Positions 46,587 to 59,429 of a DNA stretch of 64,000 bases are shown here, one piece after another (position 1 is the stretch's first letter; each line of letters begins with the position of its first letter). The translations under genes and the position numbers were made by a program. The DNA lies in NCBI RefSeq assembly GCF_006345805.1, contig NW_021833056.1, positions 1 through 64,000 of the forward strand. The letters are read 5' to 3'. This DNA is from Octopus sinensis. Lineage: Eukaryota. The notes beneath the pieces were generated by a model. It was given only the letters and a program-made list of their open reading frames with translations, made no database searches and was not told the DNA's origin.

Positions 46587-48460
46587 CATACATGCATGCA
46601 TACATATCTTATATAAAATTTATGAGAGACATATAAACAGTAGCAGTACGGAATTGTAAACTATATTTGCCAACTGAATGTGGCGTGCTATACAGGACAG
46701 TGCTACTGTTCTTTATAGCCCCAGAAAGACATCTCCAGCTGAATAACGACACACATTCTGTGCCTGATTAGAATATGCGAAGGAGGCCATCACTCCCATC
46801 TGAAGCCAAATCACTATATACTTTTCTAGCAACTCACTGTCGCTGATCTCGTAAAAGAGAGAGATATGTTATATTAAATCTGTATATGTTATATTAAATT
46901 TAAAATAACATATCTCTCTCTTTTACGAGATTAGCGACTGTGAGTCGCTAGAAAGGTATATAATAATTTGCGAGTGGAATGAACTTTCATCACTTGCTAG
47001 TGATTAATAAATGCTCGGTGGGAGGGGAGGTAATAACCCAGAAACTTGCATCCGTGTGTATGACGTAAGGTTAGACATGGGAGCGATGAACCCCCTTGCA
47101 AATACTAATCGGACACAGACTGTGTGTCATTAGCCAACTGGAGGAGATGTCTTCCTGGTGCTATAAGCACTGTCCTGTATATATGTGTATATATATGTAT
47201 ACAAACACGCACAAACACATATACATATGTAATTTATATATGTAGTGGAATAGCTGCATAGAAAGGGCCACATAAGTTAGGGACCGGCTTGGAATGATTG
47301 GCAAAAGGGGACCACAAAAAGCAACACCAAGTTGCAAGAAAATAAACAACGCAACATTTATATCAAAGAAAGGAAGATGAGCAGAGAAAGAAGTTTATCA
47401 TTGTTTTAAGACATCAGAAGTGTGGCATATTCTGAATGGCAAGATTGTTTGGGAGAGAAATGAAAGACATTATTGATGAAGATTCTGTACGGAATAATAA
47501 TCATACTCTTGTTATTCATGAAATGTAAAGAAAGAAAAGCAGACGTGTTATAATGAGAATTTGTTGGATGTAATGAATAGAAGGGGTATAAAGAGTGTAT
47601 CGGAAGTAAACCCAGTTGAGGGGGCCATCCATCCAAATTTACAGCCGTACAGTGGAGAATGCGATTAAAGATATGAAGGTAGGGAAGGTATCTGATACGA
47701 AATACTCATGAGAGTGGGATGCGGGTTAGTCAGCCCCTAAGTAATTCAACTTGAATAGGAGATTCTTATACCCAGTGACTGATGTGGTAATACCATTTTC
47801 AACTGCTATAAAAGGCAAAGGTAATGTATTAAAGTAAGAATGCTTGAGGTGTTAAACTGTTGGGGCCAGTTATGAAGGTTACAAAAAGAATTACATCTCA
47901 TTTGCTTAGAAAAAGAAAATTAATGTAGACGTGATTTTTGTTTTTATGGTGAGAATAAATACAACTGATGCTGTCTTCTCAGTGAGACAAGAGCAGAAAT
48001 ATTCTACCCAATTCTTTGTTTATTTAGAGAAGATACATGTTGTTTCTCAGCTCTGTGATCCGTCTGGTTCAAGAATAAGTGTCACAAGAACTAGAGAGTG
48101 ACAGGAATACTAGCCTCAATCGAACCCGTATATACATTACATCACAGCTAGAATGCTATGTATTTGAAATCCTACAAAAAGAGATACATCATTCCTCCTT
48201 TTCTCCCAAATATTCTAAGTCTCTGTCATAACACTACGCTCTAGGTCACACTCACCCAGGAGACATGTGTATGTGTGCCTGAGGGTACATATGTATATCT
48301 TTGTGTGATCTACTGAATTCAAAGTTTCTAATACAATAGCCAGTTTCAATACTTGGATGGGTGTGGGACATATTTGTAAGTATTGAAATTAGCCTTTCAA
48401 ATTTCAGATGCACTTAACTTAACACGGTTATATGAAAAGTCTTTTAAGAGAGGAACGTTT
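45196..48460 (-). pseudogene. Unit 3 copy of exons A-B-B2-C
   Basis: A (48256-48460) is 205 nt (1-nt deletion) and also has CAA>TAA; B (46127-46235) and B2 (45571-45681) are intact. Confidence 0.5.
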
Positions 48461-48712
48461 CTTGGAAATTTAAATAAAAGAATACTGTTTGTATACATAC
48501 ATACACATAGTCATATATGTATACATATGTATGTGTGTATATATATATATGTGTGTCTGTGTGTGTTTGTGTATGTGTGTGTGTGTTTGTGTATGTGTGT
48601 GTGTATTGTATGTATGCTTATACAAATATGCATTGAATACGTATATATTTATTTATATATTTATATATATATGCATACATACATATATAATACACACAAC
48701 ACACACACACAC

Positions 48713-48763
<51 letters not shown>

Positions 48764-49628
48764 GTATGTATGAATGTATGTATGTATGTATGTATGAGGT
48801 AAGTTTACGTATAATATAGCAAATAGCAAAACAGTAAAAAAAAAAGGGTATCGGGTCATATTATTGCATGAGAGGCCAACATGGGGTGGGTTTAAGTGCC
48901 TTCGAAACAAAACTGGATATCCTCCTGTCAAAATACCAGGACCTTGCCACTGAAGTACAGACGCCTGGGAGAGGGCAGATATAGATAGGTAGCTCGACCC
49001 CAGTACGCAACTGGTGCTTAATATATCGACCCTGAAAGGATGAAAGGCAAAGTCAACCTCGGCGTAATTTGAACTCAGAACGCAAAGACAGACGAAATAC
49101 CTATTTCTTTACTACCCACACGGGGCTAAACACAGTGGAGACAAACATGGACAGAGAGAAGGATCAAATCGATTACATCGACCCCAGTGCGCAACTGGTA
49201 CTTATTTAATCTACCCCGAAAGGGTTAAAGCAAAGTCGTCCTCGGCCAAATTTGAACTCAGAACGCAAAGACAGACGAAATAACGCTAAGCATTTAGCCC
49301 GGCGTGTTAACGTTTCTGCCAGCTCACCGCCTTTGGAGCTTCAATAAATTAAATGACAAATGTGTTCATGTTAATGAGATATCTGTGCGTCATTGGAATG
49401 TAGTGATAGACAGTTGTACAACACGAGTACTGATCTGAGTCTCTGTGACTAGAACCTAGCGGCAGACCGAATCTAGATGAACAATGATTATGTGAAATAG
49501 CAGGTTTTACATCAGAACGCGCTTCTCCTAAAAAGTACTGTGACAACAGCGAGCGTTGCGTCCTTGAGCAAGACACTTTATATCAAGTTGCTTCAGTCCA
49601 TTGAAATGGCAAACATACATACATACAC

Positions 49629-49661
<33 letters not shown>

Positions 49662-49681
49662 CATATATACATATATACATT

Positions 49682-49754
<73 letters not shown>

Positions 49755-49776
49755 TACAATAATATATATATATATA

Positions 49777-50068
49777 TAAACTTAGATCATATATATGTAT
49801 GTACGTGTGTGTATTATATATGTATGTATTATATACGTATGCATGACTAGGTTTCTTAAATGTTCAGTGAAGGTATTTTTTTTTCGCTGATCTTAAGGTT
49901 TATGTTAACACCCGATGGTCATCTGATTACCACAACTATATCACTGGGACATTCCACAACTAATTCTTCCTCTTATCAGTGGCGACGTTTTCTGTCGTAA
50001 CGTTGGCTCTTAGTATATATGCATGTATTATATTCAGATACATATATGTATGTCTTTGTATATATATA

Positions 50069-50128
<60 letters not shown>

Positions 50129-50340
50129 CTGCTCGCTTAGCCAGCGGGGTGGCGTCATTTGGAGGCTAAAACTAAGCGAAGTGAATTGTGACCAGCGATG
50201 TGTAGCAGCATCTGGTTGCCTTGTCCGTCACGTGATCACGTGATATATTATATATATATATATATACATATATATATACATATATACATTCATACATATA
50301 TATATATGTATATATATATATGTATGTATGAATGTATATA

Positions 50341-50415
<75 letters not shown>

Positions 50416-50700
50416 AAGACATACATATATCTATCTGAATATAATACATGCATACATACTAAGAGCCAACGTTACGACAGAAAACGTCGCCACTGATAAG
50501 AGGAAGAATTAGTTGTGCAATGTCCCAGTGATATAGTTGTGGTAATCAGATGACCATCGGGTGTTAACAGAAACCTTAAGATCAGCGAAAAACAAAATAC
50601 CTACACTGTACATTTAAGAAACCTAGTCATGCGTACGTATATAATACATACATATATAATACACACACGTACATACATATATATGATCTAAGTTTACGTA
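49777..50700. repeat. Local inverted duplication, unit 3 only
   Basis: 49777-50065 is the reverse complement of 50410-50695; the TCACGTGA repeat between them is inverted relative to units 1 and 2. Confidence 0.9.
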
Positions 50701-51165
50701 CAATATATCAAAGAACGAGACAGACATAGAACAGGTATCGGCTCAAATTACTACAAAGGACTACAAAGTACCACAAAGGACTGAAAGAACCAATTTGGTT
50801 GCGTTTAGGTGGATTTGAAACAAAACTAGATCTCTTATCCATGTACAAGATGTAGCGATTGTTACAGAGGTTAGCGAAAGGACAGGGATAGACAGATAGT
50901 TAGTTAGTTAGTTAAGTTAGTTAGTTAGTTTAGCTAGTAGTCAGTAGATAGATAGATAGACATATACACACACACACACATACAAAAAGACGCGAGCCTG
51001 CGCGCAAGCATAAGTATATATTGACGAATACAACAGCCTTCTCTGATATTGCCAGGGTAACATAAATATACGTATCTATCTATCTCTCCTCTCTCTCTCA
51101 ATTATATATGTATATATATAAATATAATGTATGTATATATGTATGACTCTATGTATGTATGTATG

Positions 51166-51215
<50 letters not shown>

Positions 51216-51218
<3 letters not shown>

Positions 51219-54200
51219 TTGATACTTTGATACTTTGATAGGTTTCGGCCATTATTGGCCAAGGCCATGTCTAACTTAATAGCACCACCTGGTGAAGTCT
51301 TTCAAGTCAGAATTTGGGCACTATGTAGAGAGTTATTGTTTACAGAGACATATCCGGGTGTAGGGGGTTTATCCGGGATTTGTTGAAGGAATCTGTCCAA
51401 AGACTTCTTGAACCCTATAGGGTCAGTTTCTGTTTTAATGTGTTTTGGTGTAATGTTAAAGAGAGCGGGGCCAATTGAGGTGAAATAATTGTGCCGTGTT
51501 GTTGTTATGAGATGAGAGTGCGATTTTTGGTTTTGGGCGGATGGCACGGGGCCCAAGCCTTGGATGTACCTTAAAGGTGATGCCAACATCATTTGGGCAA
51601 TGCTGATGGAATATTTTCCACATCATGCAGATGATGTAGCGCTCACGACGACGTTGGAGAGAATAAAGTTTTAGCTTTTCTAGTCGACCCCAATAGTCGA
51701 GGCCTGTCATGCCATCTATCTTTTTTGTGATTGCCCTTTGAGGTGCTTCAACTTTTATGATACTTTGTATTGTGTGGGGAGACCACAGTGGACAACAGTA
51801 TTCAAGGTGGGGTCGGGCAAAAGTGGAGAAGAGAAGGATAATGGTGTGGATATCTCTCGACTGGAAAGTTCTGAGAATCCAGGAACACATTCTGCGGGCC
51901 ATGTCAACTTTGGTGTTTATATGAGTGGCCCAGCTTATGTTGTTGTCCACAATTACTCCAAGTCTCTGATGTTGTTGGACGCCGCGAGAGTTTCACCTGA
52001 AGGAAGGGAGTATGGGAGTTTCAGGGCATCCTCTTTTCCAAAGTGGATTAACTCAAATTTATCCTCGTTCAGCAGCATATTGTTTTTTTGTGCCCATTGG
52101 ATATCAGCCAGTAGATCTGACTGAAGGCATGTCCGGTCACTCGCCTCATTTATGACCTTCTGTAGCTTGGAATCATATGCAAAGATTTTTATGTTGCTGT
52201 GCTTGATGATGTCATTAATGTCAGTAATGTAGATGATGAAATGAAGTGGGCCCAGCACAGTGCCTTGCGGAACGCCACTACTGACTTTGGCTGGGCTTGA
52301 TTTTACCCCTTCAACTACAACATGTTGAGATCTGTCTGTCAGGAAACACTTGATCCATTTCAGTAACTTTCCAGAGACACCAATGTTGGATAGTTTTTTC
52401 AATAGGGTCTTGTGATCAACCCTGTCGAAGGCCTTACTTAAATCAAGGTAGATGACATCGGTGTTGGAGCCCTCTCCCAAAGCTCTTAAAATGTCATCAA
52501 AGTGATGCAGGAGCTGCGTTAGGCAGTCCCTTCCATTACGGAACCCATGTTGGTTAGAGATCAGCCGTCTGTTGCTTTCCAGAAATTGGGTTATTCGAGA
52601 TCTCACCACCCTCTCAAATACCTTGATGATATGAGAGGTGAGTGAGATCGGACGGTAGTTCACTGCAAGGGACTTGTTTCCCTTTTTGAAAACTGGGACA
52701 ACAGACTGGGACAGAAGGTTTTTTGGAATAAAGCCAGCATCCAGTGAGTTTCTCCACAGATTAGCAAGGGGAGATGCAAGTTGGTGTCGACACACCTTCA
52801 GGACACAAGCAGGGAACCTATCGGGGCCTACTGCTGAATTGTGTTTTATTTCGTTTATCGCCGCTATGACATCAGGGGCACTAAACGTTATGTTGAAAAT
52901 AGTGTGTTGGGGGTTGACATCACTGATACAGCCCAGATCGGCCATATCAGGATTGCTGAAAACAGAGCAGTATTGTTTCTGCAGTATCTCGGCCATGGAT
53001 TTGGCATTATCTTGGAGAGTGCCAGTTTCATCAAGTAGAGGGCCAACAATGGAGACAGTGACCCTGCGTTTCCTCGCAAATGAAAAGAACACTTTGGGGT
53101 TGAGTTTGATATTTTCAATGGCCCACTTCTCCTCAGCTGATCTTTGGTTATTGATGAAGGTCTTCATGCATTGTTGGAGGTTATATTTTTTGGATTCAAG
53201 CAGTGCGATAGCCGTCGAATGTGTGTGTTGCTGTTGGCAGTACTTTAGTTTGTTAATTTTTTTGTTTGTTCTTTTTATTTTTCTGATAATGGTTTTTCTG
53301 TTTTGGGGGATTCTGCACTTTTTGTTCACAGGTCTTGGTGGGGAGTGTTTTGCACATATGTCTGTGACGGTGTCTACAAAGATCTGCCAAGATGTTTTAT
53401 GGTTGGTGGAGATGTGTGTATGTGTAAAGGACCAGTCAACATTTGATAGCTCGTTCAAATGGGTGGGCTGGAGGGAGGTCACTAGGATTAGCTTTCGGCT
53501 GGTGGAACTTCATGTTACAGAGAACCATGTCATGGTCTGAAAGAAGGGTTTATTTTCCACTGTAACGTTATGTATAGTGTTAGTGTGGTTACTAAACACT
53601 AGGTCCAAAATGTTCTTCTGATGTCTTGTTGGTGCAAGGACAAGTTGGGACAAGAAAAACTCATTCGTAAAGTCGAAAAGTGACTCTGCTGCTTCTTTGT
53701 CGGCGGTTGAGGCGGGAGTGCTTGGTTTCAAACAGTTTGTAGTCCAGTCAACACAGGGTAGATTGAAATCTCCCATCATGAGTGGGTTGCTAGAATGGCA
53801 CTGTTGAATAAAGCACTTAATGCTGTTGAGGCATTCTTTAAAGCACAGTATGGGTGTTTGGGGCGGCCTATAGAGCCCAATTACTGTCAGGTCATTGGCT
53901 TTGTTGTGCACGGTGACTGATTCACAGTAGCCGTTGGAGAATATACTATTTCCATCTGCTGTAAACGAATCATGCAGGAAAATGGCAGTTCCACCCTTCC
54001 TTCTGCCGATACGATCCGCGCGGATGGTTGTGAAATTCTTCACTCTCACTTCGGCTTCCAAGTGGGAGTTGTCAAGGTGGGTCTCAGTGAGAATGAAGAA
54101 AGGGATGTGGTGTGGATGGTTACCAACCCAGTCTTCAATGAATTGGACCTTCCATTTTTGTGCATTGATGGAAGGGCTGACACCTTGTGCATTGAGTAGA

Positions 54201-55770
54201 AATGTGGAGGTTAGTGTAGTGGCTGGTTTTGACTGTTGCAGGGGGCTTGGATTTTTGTGTGTGTTAGTGGCAGCAAGGTGGGGAATTGGTGCACTGGGGT
54301 AATAGCATAGGATGGTGTGAGTGATGGCTAGAATATTTTTGTGTATCTCTTTTGCCATGTTCAACATGGCTAAAAAGAATTTTCCTGCTTAGGAGCAGTT
54401 TTTGGCTGGAGGTGTGGTTGCACTGTTGGATAGGGTTGTAGTTTCCACTTTTGTTGTTGTTTTTGTGTCTTCCTGAAAAGACTGGACCAGCATTACTGCA
54501 GCATGGTGTGTTTTTATTTTTATTTTTATTCAGGTTTGTGTGTTGGCTTGAAGCCCCGTTTCTGTTTGTTCGTCGGGTCCCTGGAAGATGAGTGAAGGGA
54601 CAGTCACTCAGCAGACATATTCTCTCACGTTGGGAATACCGGCAGATTTTGGGACTCCGAGTTGTGTGTGTTTTGAATTTCGATTTACTGTTTGGTGGTG
54701 TTGATGTTATTGTGGGATGCGTGCTTTGGCCTTGGCCGGTAGTGCGTCTAGTGCCAGGTAGATGCGTGAAGATGCAGTCACTATTTGTGCAGAGTCTCTG
54801 GCGCAGTGAATAGCGGCATATTTGGGGTTTCTTGTTTTTTGGCCGTGGGGGGCGCATTCTGCTTCATATGTTTCTTTAAGTTTTTGTTACTGCAGTAGTA
54901 TTGAGGTGGTGATGTGGGAGAAGAGAGCAGTGGTTTCTTATTTGGTTTTTTGTTGGTATTTTTGGTGATAGAAGACGATGGTGGCAGCGGTGGTGATGAT
55001 GATGATGATAATTGTGGTGGTTGCCGTGAGAGCGGTGAAAAGATACTGGCATTTAGTGAATCATCTAGTATGCTAGAGTTGAGGAGTGGCTGTTGTTGTT
55101 CTTGTTGCTGTGGCTGTTGTTGTTGTTGTTGTGCTTGACCGATGTTAGGGTCAGTTATTGTGCTGGGAACTAGGATTGGCTCATTCTGTTGTTGTTGTTG
55201 TTGTGGCTGTTGATTTTCTAGCTGTTGCTGTTCTTGAACAGTGAAAATATAAAGAAGGTTTTCAAAATGGCTTTTTGTCAGTTTGAAAGAAGCTTCGATA
55301 TGCTTCAGTTTGCTACGAATCTGTTTGATGGATCGTGTGTGATTATTTTTGTGTGTTTTTCGGCAATCTCATTCAAACATAAAACATTTAAATTTTCTGT
55401 TTGGGGAAGAGAGAACCAAGTGTTTATTAAAACATCAATTTCATTATCAGACCAATTTCGTCTGTTGCAGGCCTGCAAGTTAGTCATGTTTGTTTTTCTT
55501 TTGATTTTTGATATATATATATTCTTTCTTGGGAGTTAAAGAAGTGTATATATATATATAAATGTTCTCTCTTAAGGGTGTGAGTTTTTGATTATTTGGT
55601 AGTTTGAAGATATTAAAAGGAAAACAAGTGTATATAACAATTTGTAGTTAAATAAAAACGTACTTACGGGTTTGTAGGCAAACACGTGGTTACAAATATA
55701 TATATATTTAAGGTCAGTTAAGTTTTGAAGCTGTGTAGCTTGCTACTGACTTGGGAGAGAGAAACAAAAA
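51216..55770 (-). mobile_element. Full-length CR1-like LINE, same family as 36287-40885, opposite strand
   Basis: ORFs 53510-54367 (APE), 51953-53482 (RT) and 54264-54857 (CCCH); CTTTGATA tail repeats at 51216-51240. Confidence 0.92.
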
Positions 55771-56024
55771 GACGTTTAAATATTTGTTGTGCAAAAATTT
55801 TTATGTGAAATCGTGTGTTGAAACAGATATTGTTATATTTCAGAATGGTCATATTGCCAGTTTAGCCAATAAAAACACACGCACTATATATTTGGTGTCA
55901 TTTTGTTCATGTGTTTACATCCACTTATTATTATCATTACCTATGCTTGTATGTATGTATGTATGTATAACAACAATACTAGTAATAATAATTATAAATC
56001 TAATCAATATATATATATATATAT

Positions 56025-58430
56025 AGTAGTATTTATTTCTATTTGTTTTTTATCTGTGTATTTATTATGTTTTAGGAATCCTCTATCGTGATATGTTGTG
56101 GTGTGTGTTAGTGCTCCATTCTAGTTTTCTATTCAGGCTAGGTTTATTTTTTATTATGTGTGTAGCTTCTGTAATTTGTTTAATTGTTGCATCTGTTCTA
56201 TGTTTGGACAATATTTTAATTTCTATGTTATTGATTGATCCCCCGTGTTCCTGTTCGGCGTGTTGGTACAGAATCGATGAGCTTTTACCTTCCTTGAGTT
56301 GTCTCCAATGGCCATTTACCCGCTCTCCTATGCTTCTTGCCGTTTCCCCTACGTATATCGTTGTCTTGTTACTGCATCGTCCCTCTATACATCTTACACT
56401 ATAGACTACATTTCTGGCTTTACAGTTTGTTTTTGGTCTAAATCTACATACAGTACACTACTTGTCCGTACATGGGGTTCTACTAGAAGGATAGGGTAGC
56501 CTGGCTTTTCAACAACCTTAATTCTTAGCTTAAGTTTGTCTAGGGTCCTTCTAAAGCGGTACGCCAGTACACCTCCAGGGGTGGTGTCAACGAACATGAC
56601 ACTCTGGTATTTATGGCTATCATACCAAGAATTGGCCTTCTCTATTTTCTTTTTTGTCCTTTCTATAGTGTTCCATGGCTTGTTTCTATAGAGTGGGCAA
56701 GTCCCATTCCTATCATTACATAATATATTATCAAATTTCTTCATGGCTCCTTTGTATACTCTGATCCTTTCTTTATGGCTGTAACCTGAGAACTGCATGC
56801 GGTGAATGAAATATTGTATGTGTCTCTTTAACTCTGTGGTCTCGCACATGCGTGACACATTTCTCATTATTCTGACGAGGTCTGCCATCAAAATATTGAA
56901 TTTGGCATTGTCCGCAATGGCTGAGTTCCGGTGGATCAAGTATATTGAGGCCATAGGTTTGGCATAATATGAATGAAGGATTTGGGTTTTATTAGTCACA
57001 ATTTCTAGCCAGAGTTCAGTGTCTATTACTGGTAGTCTATGGTTGGGGTGTTTAGTGGGGTAGTCTATTGTGACCTTAATACTCTGGTGGATGGAGTTAG
57101 CTATTTGCTGGATGCTCTCCATAGTATTAGTTTCTAATACTATATCAACATTGCTCTCTTGTGGGGGTGCCTTTGCCACTATGTTGATATCATCAACATA
57201 GCGAGAGTACATGTTTACGAGTATGGAGTTCTGTGTTGGGCGTTCTTTAAGCCTTCTGTCTCATCATACCATGAAAAGGTTGGCCACATCACCAGCGATA
57301 CTAACGCCGATGGCTGCCCCCTCGTTCTGGGCATATATTTTATTATTAAACTGAAACGTGTGGCCTTTTAGGGTAACTCTTATACTAGCTCCTGGTGCAT
57401 GTGCGATCATTTTCTTTACCTGGTGGACATTTGCGGGGCTCGTATGGCTCTGGTCCATCCGCGCCATCTTTCTATATGTGTCTTCCTAGTCATAGAAGTA
57501 ATTGTGGGCGGTCTACCTCTTAAACATCTACTGGGGCAGAAACTACTAAGATTATGTTTATCTAAGTATTCATTATTACATGTCAGTCTAAGTAGGAGGC
57601 CCAGTTCTTCTGTGTTGACATTACGGAACTCCACCTGGCTCTCGTTGATCATCTCCACACACTTCTCCACCGCAAAATCTACGTCGATCGATGGGTATAG
57701 GGATACCACATCCGTGCTACCCACCATACATCTTGCCAGGTCACAAGTGTTGTTACAGTCATTGATCCTGCTGAGGAGATCTGCTGTGCTGTCACAAACA
57801 TCAGATGACATCCGGATTATTGGGCGTATGATCATTGAGAGGAAGTAGGAGATTCTGTAATTGCTAGCGATATTCGCTCCACAGACTGGTCTTGTTGGTG
57901 GTCCTGCTATTGGGTCAGTATTTACTTTATGGTCCTTGCGAAGTCCATACAGTGCCGGGATATCATTGTTCCAGGCTTTGAAATTATTTGCTGTACGTTT
58001 CTGGGGTCCCAGAACAATTGTCCACATCATCATGTGGGAGTTGAGGAACTTTTCTCTCTCCTCATGCGCCTGTACAGTTGTTATTCTTGTATTGGCGATA
58101 TGAGGTTGTATTTATATACATGAACGTATATAAAGAGAAGACACAAATATTACAGGCATCCCCGCACATACACACATTAAATAATCATAGACGCACATAG
58201 AGATATAAGCATGCGCAAATGAAAACATACAATACAAATACCAAATGGCTGACGGTTAGTAAGGAGAGACACAAATAAGAAAGAAGAAAACAAAGGACCA
58301 CTGATGCGGTCACAGGAATGTGACGAAAGAATTAATGTAAAAAAAAAAAAACACTAAAGCAAAATAACACCAAACATATAGTGCGTGTGTTTTTATTGGC
58401 TAAACTGGCAATATGACCATTCCGAAATAT

Positions 58431-58438
<8 letters not shown>
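56025..58438 (-). mobile_element. Penelope-like element (unit 4), longest remaining ORFs
   Basis: 205-aa and 268-aa ORFs with PPTRPV, STDVVSLYPSID, YVDD, LPVID and YYAKPM; right end is an inverted repeat of about 55826-55895. Confidence 0.9.
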
Positions 58439-58466
<28 letters not shown>

Positions 58467-58687
58467 TAACCGAGTTAGTAAATGTTTTTATCTTCTTTTC
58501 ACTAAATTTATCTAGCTTCTGTGTTCCTAGCACATATTTCGCCTTAATGTACTGATATATGAAAAATATATGGCTCGTGCTAGAAATACCAGCGATAATA
58601 ATTATTTTTATTTTATCGCAATTTGATTTGTTTTATATGTATATATATATGTATATATATATATGTATATATATATATATGCATATA

Positions 58688-58747
<60 letters not shown>

Positions 58748-58975
58748 ATAGAAATATAAAATAACTAAGTCTCTCTAAAAGAGAACAGCGGCAGCGTTCC
58801 CGGAAAATAATAGTTATCGCCATACTAATATGGCATTCTTATAAAAATAAGAAAAAAGCTGTCCGCTTATTAGCTCCATGAGGCCATCGCCTTAAGTTAG
58901 CTATTTGATACACAAACTCTATCCATATAACCTTCGAACAAGGGAGGTCAGTCGCTCCACACTACTTGACCCGGC

Positions 58976-59022
58976 GCTACAGACGCGTTTCGGGGTATTG
59001 CCCCTTTTCAATGCAGCGTAGC
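58976..59022 (-). ncRNA. Minimal type I hammerhead ribozyme, U3-A8 core variant
   Basis: Minus strand: GCTGCA-TTGAAAA-GGGG CAATA CCCC-GAAA-CGCG-TC-TGTAGC, with 6-bp stem I, 4-bp stem II, palindromic stem III and a GUC site. Confidence 0.75.
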
Positions 59023-59338
59023 CAGCCCCGGAGGTGTCGCTTCCGACAATCTCTGTTCGATGGTTTTATTTACCTAGTTTCGGTGGAATACATCCACTTG
59101 TTTTCAATAATAGAAATATTAAAATAACTAAGTCTCTCTAAAAGAGAACAGCGGCAGCGTTCCCGGAAAATAATAGTTATCGCCATACTAGTATGGCATT
59201 CTTATAAAAATAAGAAAAAATCTGTCCGCTTATTAGCTCCATGAGGCCATCGCCTTAAGTTAGCTATTTGATACACAAACTCTATCCATATAACCTTCGA
59301 ACAAGGGAGGTCAGTCGCTCCACACTACTTGACCGGCA

Positions 59339-59385
59339 GCTACAGACGCGTTTCGGGGTATTGCCCCTTTTCAATGCAGCGTAGC
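59339..59385 (-). ncRNA. Second identical hammerhead ribozyme, 363 nt from the first
   Basis: Same motif; C17 maps to 59345 versus 58982. Confidence 0.75.
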
Positions 59386-59429
59386 CAGCCAGGAAAACTA
59401 GGTAAATAAAACCATCGAATGGTTTTATT

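Noticed and set aside
52674-53540. 288-aa plus-strand ORF
   Set aside because: It is the antisense shadow of the CR1 ORF2 on the minus strand, with no independent motifs.
58527-58583. CTAGCAC/GTGCTAG stem with GCC..GGC-GAAA as a hammerhead
   Set aside because: The CUGANGA segment is missing (only GA) and there is no room for stem III.
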